A stretch of 64,000 bases of DNA from Phoronis australis. Its lineage: Eukaryota > Animalia > Phoronida. The notes under the pieces are model-generated. The model searched no databases and was not told the origin of the DNA. It was given only the letters and a program-made list of their open reading frames with translations. The position numbers and the translations under genes were made by a program. Below are positions 1-13,145 of the stretch, in pieces (within the stretch, counting starts at the first letter, position 1; every line of letters starts with the position of its first letter). The stretch is taken from the NCBI GenBank assembly GCA_002633005.1, contig NMRA01000007.1:1514001-1578000 (forward strand), written 5' to 3'.

Positions 1-2
1 TA

Positions 3-139
3 GGGGTAAAGCTCGTAACGCTAGGACTTCACTAAAAAGCAAGAATTCATGAAATTACGTGACATGTTGTGTATTTTCAGTTGAAAACGTGATTTTGGCT
101 AGATTTTTCTATTCCCAAGACAGCTACTGAACTCTACCC
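3..139. mobile_element. Short GGG...CCC-ended MITE (PIF/Harbinger-like), diverged copy of 46932-47082 in reverse orientation
   Basis: Ends in TACTGAACTCTACCC. The interior aligns by eye with the reverse complement of 46932-47082. Confidence 0.6.
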
Positions 140-1991
140 TAGTCTTTGTCCAGGGCCGCAAGGGTGAGAATCTCACCGAGCACGCTAGTCTGAAGACTTC
201 GAGACGTATGGTCAAGTATTGCAAGCGAAGCACACGATCACACTAGCTTCTTTAGCGAGATTCTTGCATCTGTGATGATTATCAAAGATAGAGAATTTGT
301 AAGGGTAGTGAAGCGTGGTTACGTGGTTGTATATTAGTTTTTGATATGTGTTATAGTACAGGCACTTACACAACACTAAGGCAGGGATGCAGTGCCCCTG
401 TAGCAAATGCGTGTGCGGCACTGCGCCAGCGCGCCGTTCTGAGTGCTGGGCCTTACACCGCTTAACACATTACACGAATGAGCACTACCAAGAAGACACT
501 GAAAAACGAAAGACGTTTGAACTGCAAACAGATTTTTAATGAAAAATTTTCGTTTCAACCCAAAAATTGCGTTGTCAGAAGCACGTCTGAATGTTAGTCA
601 GTGGTGGCTCATTCCTTGCTAACTGTCCCATTCAAAATTATTAAGCAAGCCCAGAACGGCTGCACCAAGATTTCAATCATTCGCCGGGATGCAGGTAAGT
701 GGCAGCAAAACTTATTGTCCGGCGATAGTTGGGCATTTGCAAAGGCCAGGACGTTTTAAAATAAAAACGTTTCGTAAACACGCAAGTTGATGTCAGGCGT
801 GCATGTTCAATGTCACAGTCGGGAGTCGAACAGCACGGCCTATTTAAACCAGAGCACATGTTACGCTACAACGAAAAGTTGCAGCCTTCGGTGTATTTCC
901 TATTTGTATTTTCATCAGAAATTTTCGTTAGGCGGAACTCGGTGATTCTTTTCATAGCTAAAGCGCCAAACACAAGCTAAACGCAAGACAATCGAGTAAC
1001 GGTCGTGACATCGTCAAGACAAGGTAAAAATTACAAACCCGTTATACCGATTCTCGGACTCGAGCCTTATACAGTAGTAATCATCCGTTGAACGCTTTAG
1101 TGACACGGGAGTTGCGTCGATCCCAAATTACCGTATCTAAAATTTTCCTTGTCCGAAAGTCGCGGGACAAAATTCTGATGTATATGACAATGTCCGAAAT
1201 TCGAGGATCTTTGAAAAACAGTTTTTGGACCTTGTACGAATTTCGTGGACTATGAAAAACTCATTTCGTAAATATTTATTCTTGGTCGAAAATGGCGGGC
1301 TGTCCGAAAATCACGCGACTTTACCGTACTCAATATCCTCATGATGAATCAAGTCTACGGGAATTAAGATGAGTTTGGCGATGTACTGCGCTACTGTTTT
1401 GGTCGACATTAACCTTTTCACCGCGCGATACACCAAAAAGTATTTCAAGTGACGCCACATGAATCAGACAAGAACAAGCGCAAGACAAGCGCGTGTCATG
1501 GTGCGTAACTTTTGCATAAAATAGCATAGATGGAAGCGTTAAAATTTGTGTCCCTTGGACTTTTTTATCGTCAGTAGGCGTCATTTCACGTAACCGTTCC
1601 TCAAAATGGCACCCGGTGGGAGGAGCTTGAGCAAACCACGACAGATTTTCATGCATATGTTCAAACTATGTTGACTAAATTGTTTCCTTAGTATGTGTTA
1701 ATTACAACTCCATGTGTATATATATTGGCATGTTTCATAATATTTTATTTGCTGTATTTTGTTACGGAGGTGTTATTGCCAACAGCATTACAGGGAGGCG
1801 CAGCCTCGGCTAAATCGAGATGCCTTTTTATAGTAGACCCGTTTTTCTGTGAGGAAATTGTTATCCTAGTTACATAAAAATTGTATGGCATAGGACTTTT
1901 TCTAAAAGAACCGAGCGTTTAGTTGTATATATTTTCAAGTCAATGGTTTGATATCTTTTATTCAGACGCCGAGGTCTGGTGGTGATTTCTG

Positions 1992-2261
1992 CTGAAGCCC
2001 AATAGTGTCATTTTAAAGTGAAGAAAAATATGTTATTATCTTGCGGCCGTCACACTATATCTGGCGGTCGCCATTCTAAGTATCCTTAAAACAGAAGGGA
2101 CACTACAGAAGTCGTTCAATAAAGTAATTATCTGGCGGCCGCCAGATAATAAATGACGCACACCAGATAATTTTCTGGCGGTCACCAGGTAATTTTGAGG
2201 CTGGCTCCAGATATTGAAATATTTTTATTCACTTCAAAATGGTACCAATGGGGTTTTGTAG
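1992..2261. mobile_element. MITE with ~40-bp TIRs and internal palindromic TATCTGGCGGCCGCCAGATA repeats, 80 bp upstream of the GPATCH4 ATG
   Basis: The left end ...CATTTTAAAGTGAAGAAAAATAT pairs with the right end ATATTTTTATTCACTTCAAAATG.... CTGGCGG and CCAGATA units recur inside. Confidence 0.7.
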
Positions 2262-2339
2262 ATTTCTAACACTAGATGTCGCGCGTGTCCATTGAAACCT
2301 TTCTTAACCACAGGCTTATTATTCTCATTTCCATCAATC

Positions 2340-5300
2340 ATGCCGAAAAAAGCGTGGAGTTCGGAGTTTGCTCAAAAACAACTCGAAAAACAGGGATGGA
2401 CGGAGGGTAATCTGATTATTTGTGGATATTATGCGCTATGGAAACTAGTAGTGGTTAGTCCAGAATGATACTTGACTGGAAAATAATCATTCGCTGGACT
2501 TAAGACTATGTCTACAGTCGAATTTACGTGCACCATTTCGCTCAGGGTCTGAACTCATTCCACACTCCACAGGGCCCACAGGGGTAGCAGTATTTTTTTT
2601 AGAATACTAGTATCCAGTCTGTTTACACAACTGGTAACTCTACCAAGGGTGATGACACCATCTGTATGCCAGGTCAAAGACAATGTAAACTGTGTTGTTT
2701 TGGTAATGGATATGTAGTCGTATCTTTGGGAAATGTGAGTCGATTTTGACCAAAAACATACTGTTGTGAAAAACATATAATTCGTAATTAACATTCAAAA
2801 TTAAATGAGAAAAATGCAATAGTTGAAATAACCTAATGCTCAGGCACATTCCACTCACAGACAGCCAGACGGCTTATCACTGTGGTAAATCAAATGCGAA
2901 GCTGTTAAGGTAAACAAACTGCTGCGCACTTGTTAAGTGGCCATCCGCAGAAACCTACTACAACTTACGGACAGACGGACGCTGGACTTCAGACACTGAG
3001 CGTAATGACAAAGTGATTACCGTATCTAGCTGGCCCAGTACTCCCCGCAGTAGAGACGGTGGAGCTCCTATAGGGGCTTCTAAAATTATTTTTCCCACAG
3101 CGGGATGGGGAAAGCTCCTCCCAATCCGCCCCTCCCCCCTTCAGCGCTGCACGCTTCATAGTTAGGTTTCGCGCGACTAGTCATTTCTCATGAATTTGTA
3201 CCTCACTTTTCAAATCCTAGATGAGTCCCAAGCTGCCATACACCACAAGCTAATATGCTTCGCTCTGATTAAACCATTAACATCTTGTTGCTATAAGTAC
3301 CTTAATGTTGCGAATAGAAGGACAGCTTTATAAGGAGGCTATTGTCATTGATGTTGTTAGCTCTTCCCAGCTTGAACATTTTGCTTGGAGGGGGGGGTCT
3401 GAACTCGGTCCACTAGGGTAGGTTGTTTACTCAACCACTAAGACCTAGCATGAAAACATATGTATGCCAGGTCACAGACAGTGGTGTTCTTCAATGGATT
3501 ATTCTAAAGTGTGCTGAGAGTGTCTGGCACATCTGCACTGCTAGCTTTGTTTCTTGGTAGTGATACGCGGTGTGTAACAATTTTATTTATTCCACTATCA
3601 GGGGTCTCATAACAAAAAATCCAAGTATTGAAGGACTCCTTTACTTCTTTATTCGGGGAGTTGAAGTTGTGCATGCTCAGTAATGGTTAAGATTTTCTGG
3701 AAAGCAGCAAAGTCTTGTGACAATTCAAAAAATCACTCTAAAGCCCAAGAAATGTAATAACATACTTCCTTCAGTTGCCGTCATCTGGCCATTTTTACAC
3801 TGCTTGTGCCAGGGGCATGACATTGTGTCCCCTAGTGCGAACAGTGTAAAAATGGCCAGTTTCTGATTTGGGCAGCTACTCAAAACTACTAACACAGTTC
3901 AACTGCTCCTAGTATTTTGATATGAATTATATGTATATACGCGTGAAGGAAGAACAGTTGATTTAAAAATAAGCGAAAATGAAATTAGTAAACTAATGTC
4001 TATCTATGGTACTCAAAACTGATGCACAGCAGCATTTTAATGCCAAATTTCAAGAAGTCATAATTACGAGAAAACAGTCTTGAATTATGAGAAAAAGTCA
4101 TAATTACAAGAAACAAGTTGTAATTACAAAAAAGTTGTAATTGCAAGAAAAAAGTTGTAGTTACGAGAAAAAAGTCGTTGTTACGAGAAAAAAGTCGCAA
4201 TTAGCCAAGACAAAAGGTGTAATTACGCGAAAAAAGCTGTGATTACGAGAAAAGTCGTTATTACAAGAAAACAATCAATTTATTTGGTGTTTGGCACTAA
4301 AGTGCTGCCGTAGATGTATGATATTGCTCCAAAAATTAAGTTTCACAATAACAGACTTTTCACCCTCACAACAGAAAGAGTGTACTCCTTAATGCCAATG
4401 ATTTTGTGTCAGGTGTTGTTATCCTTATTGTGTGGCATGTCACAAACAGTCTCTGACATTGATTTCATTTAGGAGTTAAATTAATACTTTTGAAGCCGCA
4501 GTTCTCGCTTTTCTGAGCTCAGCCATGAAAGATGTTATAGTGGAGACAGTGGTAATTTGAAAATCATTTTGGTGGTTGCTTATGCTTGAATGAAGGAGAT
4601 GTTCAAAGTTCAGTAGGTGGCGCTAGTGATGCAGCAATCCTACCTTTATATATTGAGGTTTACATTCGGGTAGTGCCATTTGACTCCTATTTGACAAATG
4701 TCTTTGTGTACGATATTGCTCCAAAAATTAAATTTCACAATAAAAGACTTTTCACCCTGACAACAGAAAGAGTGAACTCCTTAATGCCAAAGATTTTGTG
4801 TCACTTATTGTGTAATAAACAATGTGATGTTTTTTATTTCAGGTGCTGGACTGGGAAGGACAGAGTCTGGTATCAAGGAAGCTCTTAAAGTTCAAATTAA
4901 GAATGACAAAACTGGGGTAAAAACAATGGCTCTTGCTTTGCCATGAAATATGAACTGTTACATCTTTTTGTTCATGGAATACTTGTTAATAGTCCTCTGT
5001 AAATGTGTTCTGGACAACATTGGGTCACAGAACCTCCTGATTTTTTCCACAATTTAACTGTGTTGTAACAAAATCATCTCCTTTTCCCTGATATTGGTGC
5101 ATTTCCGTTTGACTCTTTCAGCATTGCTAAAGAATACTTCGGTACTAATCTGTTGATCAACAATTTTGTAGTACATCTGTCTCGTGATTACATTGGTATT
5201 TGTGTTGTTCCTTTCAGATAGGTCACGACCCGGGGGCAGAGTTCACCTACCATTGGTGGGACCATGTGTTTAACAAGGCCGCCAACAGCATCAGTATTGA

Positions 5301-8300
5301 AAACACTGAGGTAGTCTCCTGTAACATATGAATTTTTTATTTATTGGTGTTGTGTTTTATACAAGCGCAGCTGTTTTAGCTACTGTTTTAGGACAAGGCT
5401 TATAAACTCCTGGATTTTATGTAAATAAAGAGCAATGTAGCTGTCTGTTTGTTAACTTTTAGTTGCCTTTAAATTGACACAGGTCCTTGGTGTACTGTTC
5501 ACGACTCACGTTCAAATATGATTTTAAAGAATTCAACATTGATCACTGTCACACCTGTGGTGCTTTTTATTAAAGTTTCATCATCAGTTTTTGGGCTTGT
5601 TGTTGGATGGGAAGGACTTCTTGAAGTAATTAGCATTGACCAGATCAATAAAACAATTCATCAATTTTTGCCCTTAAAATACTCTGCTTTTTAAGTCGTG
5701 GGTAAGGCGTTATGCTGAAACTGCGGAGCAACCGGGGTCCAATTCGGCGCTGCAACTCCTTTCAGAAAAATTACTTTGCTTACTGAATGGCATGTACAAT
5801 AATAAATTATTTGTCAACAGGATCCTAACAAATTAAACATTCTATCCACATGCCATTCATACAAGTCGCTAGTTATCAGAGGCGGATCTACAGGGGGGGG
5901 TTCAGGGGTTCAAACCCCCCTCGGGACAGGATAAAAAATCACCAGAAAAACGAAATTAGCTACTAAAAACTACAAAAAATCTTTCACCGGAGGAGGGAAA
6001 CCATCTCGCAACCTTTCTTCCCCTGGCCTCGGACTCGGCGCTACGCGCCTCGGATTTGCTCGAATCCTAAACCCCCCTTACTGAAAACGTAGATCTGCAA
6101 TTGGTTATGTAATACAAGACAGTGTATTTTGTTTTCAAGTCCATTTATTGATGGGGAACGTGACCACTTGCTTCTAAATTTTATGTAATTGCAAGTTTTG
6201 ATGATTTCATATAATGGCCATTTTGGTGTTTCTAAGAGCTTTACATTTTGTTCCAGGATGGTGTTACTGTCAACAAAAAAAATAAAACTGACAAAAAGAG
6301 GACAGATGCTGAAAAAAAGAAGCTTTTGTATGGAAATTTTGTGAAGGTAGCGTATGCGTTGTTTTTATGAAATGCATATTGTATCTTTATCGAAGTTATA
6401 TCGAGTGCTGCTATGGAGGGTCAAAAATGGCCTACTTTAAAATAAGACAAAACCAGAATGAATCGGTTTATGAAGCCAAAACAACACCTGTGAGCTTCAT
6501 TTCGACCTCAGTATAATCACAGACAGCAAGTAGTGTTAACCTATCTTATTTCACAACTCGATTTTTCGTAACACGTCAGCCAAAATGTTGGACACTATCC
6601 ATTAAGTAAAATGAGATTTCCAAGGTGGTAGTTGTGTTACTGAAGAGTGATCAGTACAGCTTTAATTACAGAATGTTGCCCAGAATGGAATTATAGCTAT
6701 CCCACAGGAATGTGGCATGTCACAAACAGTCTTTGACATTGATTTCATTTAGGAGTTAGATTAATACTTTTGAAGCTGCAGTTCTCGCTTTTCTGAGCTC
6801 AGCCATGAAAGATGTTATAGTGGAGACAGTGGTAATTTGAAAATCATTTTGGTGGTTGCTTATGCTTGAATGAAGGAGATGTTCAAAGTTCAGTAGGTGG
6901 CGCTAGTGATGCAGCAAACCTACCTTTATATATTGAGGTTTACATTCGGGTAGTGCCATTTGACTCCTATTTGACAAATGTCTTTGTGTACTTAGAAAGC
7001 TTTCTGGGGCCCTTTTACATGATTACTAGAAGCCATTTCTTCATTAGCTCATCCTTGTGAATATCGAGCGTCAAGAGTGAATGATTGAATTTTCAAAATG
7101 TTTATTGTATTAGAGAGAATTCTCTATTTATCACAGTGGTGGATATAGGATGTTGTAAGAGGCCAACCAAAATTTTGAATCCTAAAGACAACACGATGAC
7201 AGGATTTTTTGTTTTCTGTCCTATCGGTGTCCACTAAGCAATCTGGAGCTTTAATTTCTTTAGTTCTGTCACCTCTTTCCATCCTCTAGGGAGCCACGCT
7301 CACTAACGACGGTAATCTTGTAGCTGAACCAAAGGTAGACAGTGAACACAGTGACTCAGATGATGAGAACCATGGCGCTTCGCTGGCTAAGTGAGCTTGT
7401 TGGCTAACATTTAATTTGTTATTAAAGTAATAGAGATAACATCGACTTTTTACGTTACTTGATTGCCTCAAATTGGCTTTTTCTTTGCTGGCTCAGGGCC
7501 CTCAATGTCTTGATTTTGGGACTAAATGTTTGCACCAATCCGCTATGGAAAATGTTTTAAAATCACACACCAAAAATTTCCCTCTATCGATTATAAAATT
7601 CCCCCAGGGTTAGAATCATTTATGCAAAATGTTTATTTTGACTACTTGAGACGTTGCCGATGAGAGGTGGTGATCAGGGGTTGGGAATTTTTCCCTTAAC
7701 CAAAGAACTCCCCTCAGAGGGTACAGGCATCTTTTCCATTTAATGAGTGACCATATGCTTATACCTTAGTAGCAGGTGACCTATTGCCAAGTAAGTGATG
7801 TCACCTGCTAGTTGGTAGGCTTGTTATTATCGAAGGACACATGGCCAACAGAGGAGGCGCTACAGCCGGTGGTCTATTCCTGTTATCTTTTAAACATTGA
7901 TGTGTTGTATGTCTATTAATGTGGCACTTTTGTCCACAGCAGAGAGATAGCTATGCACTGAGCTGTCTGCCTCAAGTGTACTGTAGCTCAACTCATAGCT
8001 TGACTGCCAAAGGCAATCAGCCAAGCTCTTAGCTAAGCTCTCGCGAATGCTGCGAGGATTTACACTTGCCATGTAAAAGTAATCGAGGCACGTAGCTCTC
8101 TGTTTGCGGTGGCCATTACATGTCAGTTCTTTCCGCAGTGAAAAGTTGAAATTTTTGATTGTGTATTGTACTGGGTTGCAGTGTTACTCATTTTATTTTT
8201 GGAGACTTGGATCGTTTATAACCATAATTACCCATTGCAAAATGCTCATGGTAAGTCGTGCGACCAGCAGTGAATGTGTACATGACAATTGGCTACTAAA

Positions 8301-10040
8301 CAAGTATCTTGTTTGACCATTCTTTTTTGTTTAAAGTGGTTGTAAAACTGCCCTCCATCACTTTTGGTACAGTTTTACCGTTATGAAGTTGTAGGTGATA
8401 CCATGGCTTGGAAAGAGCTGACAGTTCGTGATTGGTTAATACCAGGCTCTAAAAGTTGGCTTGTCACAGTGAGTCAACTTGATTAAAAGCCTATAAACCA
8501 CATATCACCTACTGAGTTGGTATCAGTTTTATAACAGTCAGTGGTCGAAGTCAGTTGTTCGCTTCTTTAACAGAACACTGATTTATTGTCAAATGTTTTT
8601 GTTGGGAACAGGTGATCGCTAAAATTGCTCCTTTTGTAGGTTCAGTGACAAGGAGCTAATGAACCAGTGTGGTGGACGAACTGCTCACAAGTAAGTAGCG
8701 TGTCAGGAACCAACAACCGATTTAAGAGGCCTACTTTTCCAAGAAAACTAATTATTTATTGATGTTTTATTGAAAATGTACTTGCCTTCAAGTGGAAAAA
8801 TGACCTCAACAGAATCTGAGTCATCAGATTTTGTTCTTGTTAAAAATTTTGAAATTGACCCTTAGTTTTGAATTGTGGTAATGTAAGTGTTCAGTATCGT
8901 CTTAGTAATCATTTCCTAGGTTAAGTAAACCCACTTCTATCAAAACATTAGATTTAGGCCACGGTCTTATTTTGTTCTTTACTTAGACCAGAACTGATTT
9001 CTGAACTCAAGAAGAACTGACATATATCATTGATTGCTTTAGACCATGCCTTGCCAGGGGGGTTATTTGTTGCCATAGAAACCATTTGGTCACCGGGGGA
9101 ATTACAACTGTTTTATTATAACCAATTTGAAGAAAAGATAAGAATGTGATAATGGTGCTTTGAAAAAGCGAATACACCTGGGAAGAAAGTTGTTGTGGCT
9201 TATAGTGGCTTTAACCTATAAAGCATTTCTTTGTGTAGGGGTGCGCGGCATGGTCTTGGGTTGAGTGCAAAATTGAGAAGGATTCAAGAGCATGAACATG
9301 GAGTTGGGTATAGCGAGGGCGGTGCACAACTTAAGGAAGACGAGACTAAGAAGAAAAGGTCTAAGAAGGGAAAGGGTGTTGTGCAAACCGCGGCACAAAA
9401 TGGAGGAATGGAGGAGGTGAATGATGGGAAGTGTGCTGGTGAAAGTGAGAATATTGCTTCTGAAGAGAAACGAGAATGCAGAGATTCCAAATATTTGGAC
9501 TGTGATGGGGTACAAGAGGAGAAAATGGAGTGCAGTAGGTTGGTGGATACTGTTGTTCTGGTGAGTGGTAGGGATGACGTAATTGAGAAGAGGATGAAGA
9601 AGAAGAAAAAGAAGAAGAAGAAAGAGCGACATGATTGTGTTGATGAAGGCATGGATGTAACGTGTAGTGGGTTGTTGAAGGAGAGTGAAGTGGCAGTGGT
9701 AATTAGTGAAAATGGAAAGAAGAGGCGGAAGAAAAGAAAGGCAGATAAAGAGTCTAGTAGTGCTGTGGAGGATAACAACAATGGAGCTCTGGATAGGGAA
9801 GGTGTTGTAAAGAAAAAGAAGAAAAAGCAAAAAGGTTGTGAAAATAATTTATGCACTGTTATAGGAGAAGGTGACAGTGTTATGGAGTTGAAGTGCGCTG
9901 CTGCTGCGGAGAGCCATCAAGGTATTAAGAAGAAAAAGAGGAAGAGCTGTGAAGTTGTGTACAGTAATTCTTGTGATGTCAGTGAGACTGCTGCAAATTC
10001 TGGTGACATAGCTGTGAGGAAAAAGAAGAAACTAACTTAG
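2340..10040 (+). CDS. GPATCH4: G-patch domain-containing protein 4 (nucleolar); 7 coding exons: 2340-2406, 4843-4916, 5218-5310, 6257-6346, 7290-7390, 8640-8690, 9239-10040 (425 aa)
   Basis: All introns are GT-AG, phases are consistent and the total is 1278 nt. The G-patch reads [30 protein letters not shown]. It is followed by the GPATCH4-typical GHDPGAEFTYHWWDHVFNKAA, LYGNFVK and CGGRTAHKGARHGL motifs and a Lys-tract C-terminus. AATAAA lies at ~10053. Confidence 0.93.
3785..3859. repeat. 75-bp hairpin (miniature inverted-repeat element) in GPATCH4 intron 1
   Basis: CTGGCCATTTTTACACTG ... CAGTGTAAAAATGGCCAG form perfect 18-bp arms around an imperfect inner stem. Confidence 0.75.
4025..4312. 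mobile_element. MITE with ~22-bp TIRs enclosing a ~21-bp minisatellite (TAATTACGAGAAAAAAGTCG-like, ~10 copies)
   Basis: TIRs are CAGCAGCATTTTAATGCCAAA and TTTGGCACTAAAGTGCTGCCG. The tandem units span 4058-4270. Confidence 0.75.
4316..4803. repeat. ~95-bp direct repeat (4316-4411 and 4706-4803) flanking the 280-bp element
   Basis: GATATTGCTCCAAAAATTAA...CAGAAAGAGTG.ACTCCTTAATGCCAA.GATTTTGTGTCA occurs twice. Confidence 0.8.
4431..4711. mobile_element. ~280-bp repeat, copy 1 (near-identical copy at 6711-6991); MITE-like with imperfect TIRs and a CTCF-like motif
   Basis: The two copies differ at only a few positions. TAGGAGTTAAAT pairs with ATTTGACTCCTA as inverted ends. CAGTAGGTGGCGCTAG lies at ~4611. 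Confidence 0.75.
5877..6103. mobile_element. G/C-run short element with CAG(T/A)GGCGGATC...GATCCGCCCCTG-type ends (hAT-like MITE family)
   Basis: CAGAGGCGGATCTACAGGGGGGG ... CCCCCC ... GTAGATCTGCAATTG. Confidence 0.6.
6711..6991. mobile_element. ~280-bp repeat, copy 2, in GPATCH4 intron 4
   Basis: Direct near-identical match to 4431-4711. It explains the duplicated spurious ORFs beginning MNEGDVQSS. Confidence 0.75.
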
Positions 10041-10355
10041 GAAAGTTTATGAGAATAAAATTAATTTTACACTGGAATTTTATTTTCTTGCTATTTAATT
10101 AAAGAGGTTGTTTAGTGTCACTGAAATTTAGTTGTTTTTCTCTATAAGGAATGTTTGTATTGATAGAGTTTTTAAACAGCTATTCTGGTGAATTTTAATG
10201 GACATTTTAATCTCTAACCAAGCCAAAACGTTGTGTTAGTGATTAGTGAAATCCAGTCAAAGCGTGATTTTTTGCGTGCCTTGTTATCCTGTCTCAAATG
10301 CATTATTTTTTAAACCTAAAAAGAGTCTCACTACTTCGTTAATAAGGTCTATACT

Positions 10356-12338
10356 CAGTGGAGAATTTAGGGGGGCGGGGCAAGGGGGCCATGGCCCCCC
10401 TAAAATTCTACCATATATCATTTGGGAGTTCAGGTGCGAATTGCTGCCTTGACTAGCACACGCGCGCAACCAGGGGGCTCGGGTGGAATAAACAATGCAT
10501 AGGCTTGAACAAACCGGTATACGTTTTTTTTTTTAAGTCAACAGGTCCAAAAATTCAAGACTGCTGCATCTCCACGCTTTAGGCTGGGCGGGCGCGTTTG
10601 CCGAAATTTTGGTTATTCCTGTGCCCTGCCCCCCTAACTCAAAATCCTGGATCCGCTCCTGATTTTGTCTGCAGTTATGATTAAAATTGCTGTCAAAATG
10701 CAAGTAATGTTACCATACCAAAACAGTTCTTCTCTATTTACTAGAAAACTACAAAAGAATTTTCTTTTGCTATCTAGCCCAAACACGTTGGACTTCTCTA
10801 GTCAGAAGTGTGGCTAGACAATCTCGACTGGTTGTGTACAGGATCCTCTCGTAGGTGCCAAAGACAGTTTACAGGTTGACATGTACTTTTAGCACTACTG
10901 ATTTTCGTATGGTAATTTTTCACTTATTTAGCACACAATTTGGCCGACAAGTGAAATTCTATTTTGTTAAATTTCTCCTCAAAAGTGGAGATTAAGAATA
11001 TTTTAGTCTATTGCAACCACGGATTCTAGTGTGTAGATGTCATAAAAAACATTTGTCCAAATTCCTATTATTTGCAAACAGGTAATCGGCCTTTATAAAT
11101 GTAAAATTAACATTTTGGCAATTGTTTTTATGTGAAGTTAGTGAAGAATTAGTGGAGGCCTTATTATGGAAAGTTTTGCAAGAAAACAATCTGCAAAGAT
11201 GGTTTCTTTTCTCATGAAGACAATTATTTTGTCATGGGTTCACAGTGACGAATTGGGGGGGGGGGTGCAAAGGGGCCGTTCCTCCCCCTGAAATTCTTCC
11301 AGATTCCGTTAGGCAGGTCGGGGGTGCAAATGTCTGACGGGCAAAATCCTGGCTAATACTCTGCCCTGCCCCCCCAACTCAAAATCCTGGACCTGCCCCT
11401 TATTTGCTTCATCAGTCACATATCCTAGTTCAGGCACCTACCCAAGCCTAATTTCAATCCTCATTCCCGCCCCCATTTAGATAATTGCTCCTGTCGCTGC
11501 TGATGCTCGCACGCGCTACACCTTTTCGATCTTTTCTACTTATGTTTCGTCAACTAAACAGCATAAAAGTTATACGCCGTATAGCAACAATGACGTCGCA
11601 TTATCACGCGTCATGTTGTTATTGATGAAAAGTGCACCTGACGTCATGCAACAATCAAACTTAACCTGTGGATTAATTTTGTAGCTTTATGCAACTCGGC
11701 CCAGATTCATGGTTACTGTAGTGAATCGTATTCAATACGCTTCAATTAAGAGACTGAATGGAAGCCTGCTGTAGACCTAATAGTTAAATAGCCTCCCCGG
11801 GGTAGACTATTCTGTATGAATTAATCATCTCCTTTTCCCGAAACCCAGCGGATTTTCTAGAATCGTTTCGATAGACTTATGAAAAATGCAGGTGATGGTC
11901 GTATGTGAGAAGAGATACAAGTCGTCTGCAGTCAGTTGTAGAACGTTAATTACTTTCGGTGATATGTAAAAAAACAAAAACAATATTTTATTCAAAAATA
12001 CTTGTATTTCTGGTGTCAAAGGGTGTTTTGGTCGCTGGAGGGTATTTTTAAAACTGTCTGCAGTGTATTACAATATCTAAATCTAAGGGCCGTCCTGTCG
12101 AAGATCGCAAGTTCGGTCGAAGCTACGCCATTATTTCAAAGCATTGCGTTTTTGTTACGAGCGAGCCGTTGCGATTTACATTAAGTTTATTATTGTTTAT
12201 ATCAGTAGCGGATTTAGAGGGGGCCATGCCCCTCCCTAAAATTCTTCCAGATTCCATTAGGGACTTCGGAGGTGTCTGGCAAAATCCTGGCTAATATTCT
12301 GCCCTGCCCCCCAAACTCAAATCCTGGATCCGCCCCTG
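10356..12338 (+). mobile_element. Three same-orientation copies of a hAT-like G/C-rich MITE (10356-10661, 11243-11400, 12203-12338)
   Basis: All share a CAGT.G.G.ATTT start, CCCCC.AAATTCT, and the 3' end GCCCTGCCCCCC.AACTCAAAATCCTGGATCCGC.CCTG. Confidence 0.7.
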
Positions 12339-12639
12339 GGTATTCATATTTAACGACCGTCTTCACGAGTGCCATTGAATTGTGTCTATGGAAAATAAAA
12401 CTAAAGTTACTACCGCCTTACCTACATGTAAGACCGGACTCAGACGATAAAACGGACACCTGGTGTTCGAGTCGAATTTGAGAGGCTCGAATCAGTACTT
12501 GAGTCCTGACGGAATTGATGGCAATGAGAATGCAGATCGACAGACTCGCAAAGATAGGAGCGAGCGTTCTGCATTTTGTGTCTGAACCTGCTATCCCGGT
12601 ATCTTACGGATGTTGCAGGATGAGTATACGCAACTGGGT

Positions 12640-13145
12640 ACATATCCAGTCAGCAGCCTAGTGGGCATCACTTAACTCCTGCAGAGGGACCAAGGAGAAT
12701 TTTCCCAACGTGATAGAACCAAAAGGTTCAAAAAGCCTTCTGAGTCTAGATAGATTGGGTATAAGACACGTCATTCAGTTTTGACGGGTCACTGCAACCT
12801 AGCCCGACACAGACACATTACTGGGCATATGGGGAGCTCTGTGTGTTTTAAGTGTGGTACTGACGTAGAATCTCCCAAACACCTGCTAGAGTCTTGCCCA
12901 ACTTTTTATAGGCTAAGGAGCAACCTACTGGATGGCACTGTTGCATTCCTACAACATATAGTGCATGGCAACAAATGGAAACGTCTGTTCGTTTTCCTAA
13001 AGGAGACTGGCAGACTTTAAACTTTCTTCACGAGGAGCCATAATTGGGCTCTCGTGCTTATGCTCAGGTGTTTTGTGAATGGGCCCAACCATGAGGCCTG
13101 CGCACGTCTGATGCACCGCAAATGACATCAGACCACCTGCACTGT
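12640..13145 (+). mobile_element. 5'-truncated non-LTR retrotransposon 3' end (LOA/R1/Tad1-type ORF2 C-terminus with CCHC zinc knuckle)
   Basis: Translates W....CRGTK...KSLLSLDRLGIRHVIQ, then a frameshift at ~12780, then LTGHCNLARH...CFKCGTDVESPKHLLESCP...R...FLKETGRL*. A short 3' UTR follows. Confidence 0.8.

Noticed and set aside
4586-7060. Duplicated ORFs MNEGDVQSS... as a small gene family
   Set aside because: They are chance ORFs within the duplicated 280-bp intronic repeat.
9216-9856. Long antisense ORFs (204 and 190 aa) over the GPATCH4 last exon
   Set aside because: They are shadows of a purine-rich Lys/Glu-coding exon. The translations are Phe/Ser/Leu low-complexity with no domain.
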